From Octopus sinensis (lineage: Eukaryota): a stretch of DNA of 64,000 nt. A program made the translations under genes and the position numbers. The notes beneath the pieces are model-generated. The model worked only from the letters and a program-made list of their open reading frames with translations. It was not told the DNA's origin and made no database searches. Positions 52,906 to 64,000 of the stretch are shown here, one piece after another; position 1 is the first letter of the stretch, and each line of letters opens with the position of its first letter. Location of the stretch: assembly GCF_006345805.1 (NCBI RefSeq), contig NC_043001.1, positions 71,114,001 to 71,178,000 on the forward strand. The letters are read 5' to 3'.

Positions 52906-54169
52906 CACAGATAGATATTAGTTGATAATGGTCTGAAAGCTAGGAATAGCAAATATTGTGATATAATTTCAAATATACGTTTATTAGTCGCATACTGATT
53001 TCGTATATATGTCGTGGCATCGTTGCATTTTGAGAAATTGTTGTGTGAATATTTGTAGGCAGCTCAAATATTCTGCAGATAAGATTTAACCTTTAGCCTC
53101 TCTACAGTAGAGAGTTCAGATTGGATTATATATTGGCCCTATACGCTTGGTCATCTGTCTATAATAATAAATATGATTTTATATATATTTCCTTTGGGTG
53201 AAATTTAGATCGTGTGTCGTGACATTATGACGGACGTATTCCTTCTAGCTTGGCGCTGGATATTTATGATTGTATTTGATATCTTCATTTAATGGCTTTT
53301 TGAGAATAAGACGTAATTTATCAAGAAACTGGAGCATATTTTAAAGCACTGCAATTAAAGAACTTCAATCAAACTGTACTAGACATTTGCATTTGAACGA
53401 TATTCCTCCCTGATATAGCTGTTAATAGGTTACTGCCATTTCAATTTTGAATAGCCTGAAACGATTGACATAGTTGACCTTTCAAAATATGTTCCAAGAA
53501 TTTCAGAATCAGTTTAAATAAATGAACGTAACCAAATGTATTTTCTTGAATCGACCATACCACGATATCAAAAGTTCAACCAATTATTTTGCTATTCTTA
53601 ATCCCCAGTTCGTTCTGACATTGACAACGAATCACGATTTATAAATGCAGATATGAACTTTAATGATAAGAAATGTTAGCATTATAAATTATCGTCGTCC
53701 AAGCTGTATCCTCTCTACAATATTATACAAAAACAACGGAACGATATTATTTACTATCACATCTCAGTCTTACTACTGTCATTTGTGATTAATTCGTTGG
53801 CATCATTAGTTTGTGTTTTGAATTCGGTCATTTTGTATAGCAACTTGGAAATAAATCCTGTGCCATAGTTTCGTGTCGAATGAATCTTCTGAGAAGCAGT
53901 AGGAAACTGGAATTACGTCGGAACACTCCATTATGCTCTATTGTGTTCTTTAGTAAGAGACTTATTCCTACTCCCGTTTATCACCAACCACTAAACTTTA
54001 GTTGAGTTTATGAAACCTCACTCTCCTCCATATATTCACACAAAGTTAGCAGTCACAAAAGCAAAAATTCCTCCATACTTTATTCTCTCACTCGAAACCG
54101 CTGAAGCAAGCTACCTTTTTTCCCTGTGAATAAGTCACAAGAAATACTAACAGAAAATAAAACAATTCT

Positions 54170-54362
54170 TTCGAATTTGGGAGAGGGTCAGCAGTTCTGA
54201 ATGAAGGGAGCAAGTCAATTACATTGATTCCAGTACTTGACAGGTACTTTATTTTGTCGATCCTAAAAGCTTGAAAGGCGAAGTCGAAAGCCAGCATGAA
54301 TAGAGCTCAGAACATTAAGAACCGGAAGAAATGCCCGAACTATTTCTGCCAGCTCGCCAAAG
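54170..54362 (-). mobile_element. Degenerate tRNA-derived SINE
   Basis: CCAGTACTTGACAGGTACTTTATTTTGTCGATCC...TTTCTGCCAGCTCGCC. Confidence 0.65.
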
Positions 54363-54414
54363 AAAGAAATTAAGAAGAATATGTACATATTCCTGACGAG
54401 ATTTCATTTCCCTT

Positions 54415-55025
54415 GACAACCTTCGCCAAGAAAGGAGGTTATGTTTTCATCGGCGTTGGATTGTCCGTCTGTGTGCAATATACCTCACAAAATTGTAGAC
54501 GGTATTTGATGAAACTTGCAGGACAAGTTGGTAATGACACAGAGAACAGATGATGAAATGTTGGTAGTGATCCGGGAATTCTTATGGATTATTGAAGGAT
54601 TTTTCATTTGTTATATTTACTTTACATGAAGTATTACAATTTTACGTTCTTTGATTATCTCCCTTGAAGACACGTTCATCGTTTCAAAGTAACCTATTGT
54701 GAAGTTGCTGTTTCCAAAGTTTATATTCGTTTCTTTATTAGTAATTTTACTCGTGTTGTGTGTGTATCACTCAAGATTTAGGAAATTGTTATTTCTTTTT
54801 AGTTGTATGGGGAAACTAGCTTGCTGTTACCATTGATGTATAACTGCTTCAGATGATTCCTGTTTTTAAAAATATATGGCAGTGTTATTTTTTTTAACCC
54901 CGCCTAGGAGGTTATGTTTTTGCCGGCGTTGAGTCTGGAAAATTGGGCGATTTTCAGCATGCGTGTATATGGGTGGCAATGAGCTGCTTCGCGGAGGTCT
55001 GCGCTCTCCGAGTGCTTGTCTAGTT
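54415..55025 (+). mobile_element. Helentron-associated non-autonomous element (HINE/DINE-1-like) with two 5' ends
   Basis: CTTCGCCAAGAAAGGAGGTTATGTTTT (~54421) and CCCCGCCTAGGAGGTTATGTTTT (~54898). 3' end GCGGAGGTCTGCGCTCTCCGAGTGCTTGTCTAGTT with a subterminal inverted repeat and CTAGT terminus. Confidence 0.6.
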
Positions 55026-56479
55026 TGATAAATATTTGCAAAGAACCACAAATAACAATTTCACTGATTATCTTATCTTGTTTATGTTTTTTAATCTGTA
55101 CTATAATTTCTTTCAAACATCCAATATTGCTTTTCTTTTAATGTTTTCTTTTAATATTTTCACATGATAGAGTTATGTTACTTATCACCCGACAAAATAT
55201 TTTTTATCACATCGAATATATTACACTTGCCATGAATCCCTTTAACTATTTGCTTTAGTTTTCCATTTGTTTAGTAGAACATTTTTTAAAGATTATTTCC
55301 TTTCTCTTTCAGTGCTTGCTCTTTCCACATTTTGTATTAGCATAAAAGGTCACTTTGTCCTCACTTGATATTGCTTTCTTTTACAATCTGTACAACATCT
55401 ACAATAACTTTACTTTTTTAACATTCATTAATAGATAAATTACTTTTCTTTCAACGATATATGTTTTATTTTGTTTCCTTGTTATTCGGGTTGTTGCGTA
55501 CACCGTCAATATATATCTATCACTGCTTTTTTCTTCATCAATTTCCTGTCGTCTTTAAACTTACTTCACATTTATCATTAGTTTCATTCCTTGATTTCCT
55601 TTTGATATTAAATAATATCTAGGCACTTATCGGAAACCTGTTAGCATTTTTTGTTCTTCAAATTTCGATTTAATATTTTTTTATCGTGTTATCGAGGTGA
55701 TTAAGTGTTGATGGACTTTGTGAATGTTCTTTCTGAAAATTCGTTATCAAGAACGATCGTAATTTAATAAATAAATAAATAAATAAATGAATATAGATTG
55801 TAATGTTCAGGCTGATAGAATCAATAGATTCATACCATTAAAACTGAGATAGAAACTTACATTTCAACAGCTCGAAATACTTGACTGTTTGTATCATAGA
55901 TATGATAAGTACCTATCATTTACCATTTCAAAAAGCCGGTATTTCAGCATTAATATTGAATATTTGCGTTGAACTTGGCATTATGGTTATAAGAAAATAA
56001 AACTTAAGCAACTAAGTAGAATATATTTATATACAGTTAATATTGTGGCAAAAACCGAATCACCAGGGTTCAACCAGTTTTCATCTTCAGTTTCAATTGA
56101 ATTAACACAATGTGATATACACCTCTTGGAGAGGAAGTCACATATTCAAGAGAGATTTACGTTGACAATAAAATCAAACAAATCAACATATGTTTAGTTT
56201 TCAGAACTGCAGTTCCATCTGAGAGGAAGGGTGATTTGATCCGATACACACTAGTGAAATTTAAATGATAGAAAGTGAACTGTTGACAATTCGCTTCTAA
56301 TTTTTCTATATGCATTAGTCGGCTTTGAGACTGACGGGAAAAGGAATGGCATCGCTTTACACATTCTACAAGTCTTTGAGACTGGTAGAAAGAAAAAATG
56401 TGAGCTGTTCATTGAGCCTTAAGTTAACTCCAAATTTTTCAATAAAATGTGGTCGTTTAAAGTCACATTCTTTCGTTTC

Positions 56480-56810
56480 TCTTTATGTTGTTGTTGTAGT
56501 AGTAGTAGTAGTAGTGGTGGTGGTGGTGGTGGTGGTGGTGGTAGTGGTGGTGGTAGAAGTGGTACTAGTAGTAGTAGTAGTAGTAGGAGGAGGAGGAGGA
56601 GGAGGTAGAGGAGGATGTCTATGAAGAGGTGGAAGAGGAGGTATCGGAGGATGTCTATGAGAAGGAGGTGGAGGAATAGGAGGGGAGGAGAAGGAGTGGG
56701 GGTCGGTGGTGGTAGTAGTATTAGTAGGAGTAGTAGTCTGTGATGGTGGTGGTGGTAGTAGTAGTAGTATTAGTTGTTGTTTTTGTTGTTGTTACTGTTG
56801 TTGTAATGGG
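56480..56810. repeat. (GTA)/(GTG)/(GGA) low-complexity tract
   Basis: Direct reading. Confidence 0.9.
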
Positions 56811-57469
56811 GCTCAATAAAACATTCCAAAACTTATTCTGATCAACTTATAGTGTTTCTGTTCCTTAGCCTGATGCTGTATGATAACGTACTTCTAAGGT
56901 GCTGCCCTCCTACGTCAGGACCAATTGCACAATATATATATTCCAGTGCCAAAATATAACGATACCATAATCCAATGATATTTAGTTGTTATAACGTACG
57001 CAGGAAATTGAACCTCAAACAACAAAAATATTGGAAAACAAACACGATGTAAATTCTATTTATATCAAATTAACACTTTGTCCACCAGAGGTATCATCGG
57101 TGACATCCCATACTATATTCTTAGTATACCATGGTAGCTACCTGTTATGGAGCCTCTCATTACTGTGGTTTAGATTATTCTTTGCATTTTTTGGAAGGTT
57201 ATTCTGTTTGAATCAATAAAATCTGAGATTGGAGCTGATTAAAGACTATACATTTCATAAGGAAAATCCCGCCTTTCGCTATATTAAAATGCAATCATAA
57301 TACCTTATATGGATATAGTATAATTTCAATAACATTAAAGATGAAGCAATCCATTAACAACTGTGAAGTTGAAATCAGAAACTCAAGAAGAAACATTGTA
57401 AAACCATTACAAAATGAAGAGACATTCAATAAATATTAGAAAGACCTATAAACTGGGAAAATGGCATTT

Positions 57470-58760
57470 GTATAGGCGATGTAATAAACCACACTAACCG
57501 TTATAGCTATTTACGTTTTGTACGCAAATTGCACCAACTTATACATAATTATACCTTCATTGCGCATCCTGAACAGTATGTGCTCAACAGTTTGCTTTTA
57601 ATTTTACCTACTCTTTAATGTCATATAATTGAGACATGTAAGCACAGCATTTTGAGCACACAGCATTCATTTTCAATTCGAAAGTCATCCTCTAGTTCCT
57701 TCACATTTGCGCTTCGAAGATGCTAATATTGTTTCGAATCTAACAATAGCATGCCAAATTTTACTCTGAATTCCCCAAATATTTTCTTGCTGCTGAGACT
57801 GTTCATTAACAGTAGATATTCTTAGTAGTAGCTCAAAAGCAACTTTATTGTACCGAATCACACATTTCTTCAGTGGGGAAAAGTAATTTGATTCAATATA
57901 TCAACATATCGCTTGCATTTGTTATGTTGAATTATTGCATCGGGCTTATCATTGGGCTCCACTTTTCTGTCTCCCTTTACCTGTCCTACAGTTTTGCCTT
58001 GTGTCTTGTAAAAAAGAATCTTGCTCTTTCCTTGTCTATTCAGAACCCCCACTATAATACTACTTTTGTCTTTAGCGATTATTTTGTCGTTTCGCAATGA
58101 TAAATAATGTTGGAGTCTATTCTGGGTGATGCCCTTGGAATATTTTCCTAAAGTTCCAGCCAAGCTTATCTCTTATGAAGTAGTTTTTCTACCAGGGTAA
58201 TATTGGTGCAGCAGTTGCCTACACCAATGTTCTGCTTTCATCGGGGTAGTCGATGATAAGGCCCGTAACAGTTCTTTAAGACAGTTTCTCTGCATCTGCA
58301 GTAGTGTCGTTTCTCTTAAAACTGTAAACCAGAGCTCTTTATATGTATAACTTTCAGGATCATAAATACTGAATAGCTTTATACCGTATTTTTGACTTTT
58401 TCCCGGGCATATACGACCGAAATATCGCACTCCTTTTAAATTTGTTCATTATCTCACCAATTATAAGACGTTCGCAAGGTATCTGAAGAGCACTAAATTT
58501 ATGATACATTTTATTACATAGGACCCTTATCTTGTAAATCTATTATCCTCATCCATTGTTTCATTGTTAGTAAAATATATCATCTGAAAACTATTTCTTT
58601 ATAGAAAACTGTTTCTATAAAGTATATTAATTGATTTGTAGTCAGACATTTGAGGTTAGTTAATTATTCCCTCTGTCATATTATGTCTAGAAACTGATTT
58701 CTTCTGTATTTTCTGCTTTCCTGCGTCGAATAATCTAATGGCTGAATGATAAACTAGGAA
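57470..58760 (-). pseudogene. piggyBac (PGBD-like) transposase relic
   Basis: PGKSQKYGIKLFSIYD, KPDAIIQHNKCKRYVDILNQ (YN..KGGVD..DQ-like) and C-terminal STYCSGC..LCI; many stops. Confidence 0.85.
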
Positions 58761-58847
58761 TATTCGTCAGTATTCCTACTAAGGAAGATGATAGTTAAGT
58801 ACACCTTAATATGATGACAGCAGCCATTAAGACCCAAACTATTATGA

Positions 58848-58888
<41 letters not shown>

Positions 58889-59337
58889 TAAAAGCTAGCT
58901 AGCAAGATAGATAGATAGCTAGATACCTACCTACATACATACATACATACATACATACATACATACATACATACATACATACATACATACATACATACAT
59001 ACATGCATACTTACAAAACATACATACAAACATACATACATAAGATACATTCATACATACATATGTAATTCTATGGATGGTTAGATGGCTGTTTGTATGT
59101 ATAAAATAAACCAGTTCTTTTTTCGGCAAAATGTTTTAAAATATTACTTAACACAGCTTAGATGCAAGAAAAAACGTACTATTCATAAATTGGTAGAATT
59201 TGCAAGTGCTCTCTCTTTAAGATTCCGAAGATGTGCCTGGTATCCCGATGAATGTCAGACTATCTATATTGCTTATTCCACATAAAGCAGAGTATCATTT
59301 TTAAGAATCGCTGGTATGCATAAGTATATATATATAT

Positions 59338-59373
<36 letters not shown>

Positions 59374-60096
59374 TGGCAGACAGAAAGATAGGTAGATGTG
59401 TGTGTGTTATGGATATGACGTTAGACGGCAACTTTCAATAGGGTGCATGTTTGGAAGTTCCAGGGTTTTCAGTTACGCAAAATAACCTATTGGCTTCTGT
59501 TATTCCCAGGGTGACTCCAACTCAGAGTACTAGCATTTGTCAGGGTTGCAGGGGTACGAGCTGATTAGCATGTCACAGAATTTACTCCAGTCGCTCACAA
59601 CTACCCCAATGAACCAGGGCAGACAACCAACTTCAGCTTTGTTAGCTGCTCTGACAAGATCTTCAGATCTACATGAAATACTGAGTTTTATCTTTGATCT
59701 CATTTTTCTGTCCAAGAAATATACTTTCCATCTGAAAGTATATATATACTTTCCCTTCTGCTTAGTATAGGTATGTAAAAACTAAAGTCATCACATCCAG
59801 GGAAAATGTGATACATAGACACTCCGAGGTGATCATATCATGTAAACATAAAACCAAACTTAAAATCGTGTAAACATAAAAGAATTCTAAAATCATGTAA
59901 ATATAAAAGCAAAATATCGTCACTTTAATTTTTAAATTATATTTTAAGACCGAATAACGTCAAACGCACTTAGTATATAATAGAAAAAGGAAGGCGCACA
60001 ATCAAATACACAAACCACGTACGTTTAGGATGTTATACACTATATCACGAGGAACAAGTAAAAGTTCACCCTAAGAACCTATCACTTGCCAATTCA

Positions 60097-62444
<2,348 letters not shown>

Positions 62445-63728
62445 ATATATATATACACGTACATACATACATACATACATACATACATACATACATACAT
62501 ACATACATACATACATACATACCAATCCTTACACACGTAACAAAATTGTTACCTAGCAAATACTCTAAAAGCATCACATATAATCATGTGTTTGAATGCG
62601 AGAGTGCGTGTATGTGTGTATCCTTTGTTTTTGTAAACATATCATTGTATTACATTCTTGGATATTCACCGAACCAATTAAATTGTATGCATTCGTACAA
62701 GTACCAACTGCTCTTATAAACTTAAATCATTTGTCACCATTCTATAATCATATATTTCTCAAATATCTACGTCAGCAATCTATATCAGAGATGGCCTTTG
62801 AAGAGACACATAGCTCTTCTACTCTCTTAACTAAAACTCATAATACACCAATCTGGTCTTATACCTAAAGTTATGGGGTTTTTTGCTTGGTCACATAAAA
62901 TAAATATTAGGTTAATGCAATATGTCCCATTGCATAATAGTTTATATATATATATTTATCTTTGAGTTGTTAGTGAAAATTGCCTTTGATTGACTAAAAT
63001 TCTGTGCAAATTAAATTCCTGTATCATTTGTAAGCTGCTGTAAAACCAGCAACTATATGCTTATATCACACAAATATCGATAAAGCATTCAAGGCATGGC
63101 TAGTATATAAATTAATATTAGATTTTAAGTTTATGATTACACTATAAATTTAATATCATAGGGTATATCTTAAATATTGATTTTATTCTGGAGACTAGCT
63201 CTGAATATCTGTGGTAAAAGCAGTTACATGTGTTTCCTACCAAAGTCATGTGCTGATAATTTATGTTTGTGTATATCGGAACCATATGGATGCAAATACT
63301 TTATGTAACACGTCTATCAATAATTTTTAAATTATTTCGTAGGATGGTCAGCTAAGTTCCATTATATTGCAGAATCAAATTTCAATTATAATGATTTTCC
63401 AACTTTACTGTGGTGTTGCAAATATTCAGTATTAGGTACGTTCATCACGGGTTTTCAAAAATAAACCGACCAGTACCTCTGTTCTCTCAGCCTTAGTTAT
63501 ACAAGGGATTTGATAAACTAGTCTATAAATTAAAACTGGCCCCATAAAAACAAAAAATATCAGTGACGGGCAAAGTCTCTAACAATGTATATCTTCTTGA
63601 AAACTTAGTGACCTCTATCCTGGAGTGAGGCAGCATGTTCTTTATCTATCTCCTTAACTTCTTGGATTTTAGGTATAATTATACTAATGTATCCATCTGA
63701 TCTAATTTAATTAAATTCTATGTCTTTG

Positions 63729-63849
63729 TGCAGCTGAAGATTGCTCTGCATTTTAAATTTATGTAATGATTGCATTGTTCAATTAAATTCAGTTGCATGA
63801 AGCGATCATACTGCATTACCTCTGAATATCCTTGTTGCTTATTTTGAAT
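63729..63849 (+). ncRNA. Decayed minimal hammerhead in a PLE-type repeat (third copy of the 25291-25591 family)
   Basis: TGCAG-CTGAAGA (63734-63740)-TTGC...GCAT-GAAGC-GATC-ATA-CTGCA. Perfect helix I; two point changes in the 3' core relative to the GAAAC-GATC-GTA seen at 25541-25552. Confidence 0.55.
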
Positions 63850-63937
63850 ATATATATATATAGTATATATATTATATATTATATACATAGATATATATGC
63901 GTGTGTGCGTATGTGCGCGTATGTTTGTGTGTTTGTG

Positions 63938-63978
<41 letters not shown>

Positions 63979-64000
63979 ACATAAGACGGTTCTTATTGAG

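Noticed and set aside
59530-59770. Overlapping protein-like ORFs on both strands in a GC-richer island
   Set aside because: No recognisable motif, no supported splice structure; may be an old repeat.

Overview
AT-rich eukaryotic genomic DNA, very rich in microsatellites ((TA)n, (CA)n, (GATA)n, (CATA)n, (AAT)n). The repeat landscape points to an octopus (octopod cephalopod) genome; this is an inference, not a database result. I found no intact, confidently identifiable host gene, and most ORFs in the supplied track are microsatellite read-throughs. The window is mostly decayed mobile DNA. Penelope-like elements (PLEs) appear as RT/GIY-YIG relics and as tandem or inverted pseudo-LTR pieces. Non-LTR retrotransposons include Tx1/L1-like, CR1-group, HERO/NeSL-like and R4/Dong-like copies, plus an ORF1-only Tx1-like derivative. 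There are also tRNA-derived SINEs and DNA transposon relics (hAT Buster/Charlie, a hAT-like CxxH transposase, Tc1, maT/DD37D, piggyBac, Helentron-type). The most interesting signal is RNA-level. About ten minimal type I hammerhead ribozyme motifs from several sequence-distinct families can be folded by eye, most with a short palindrome in helix III. One carries the compensatory G3:C8 core swap, two sit one repeat unit apart in tandem, and two face each other in a 294-bp inverted repeat. In addition, SINEs with a shared body carry different 3' tails, two of which match the 3' ends of LINEs present in this same window.
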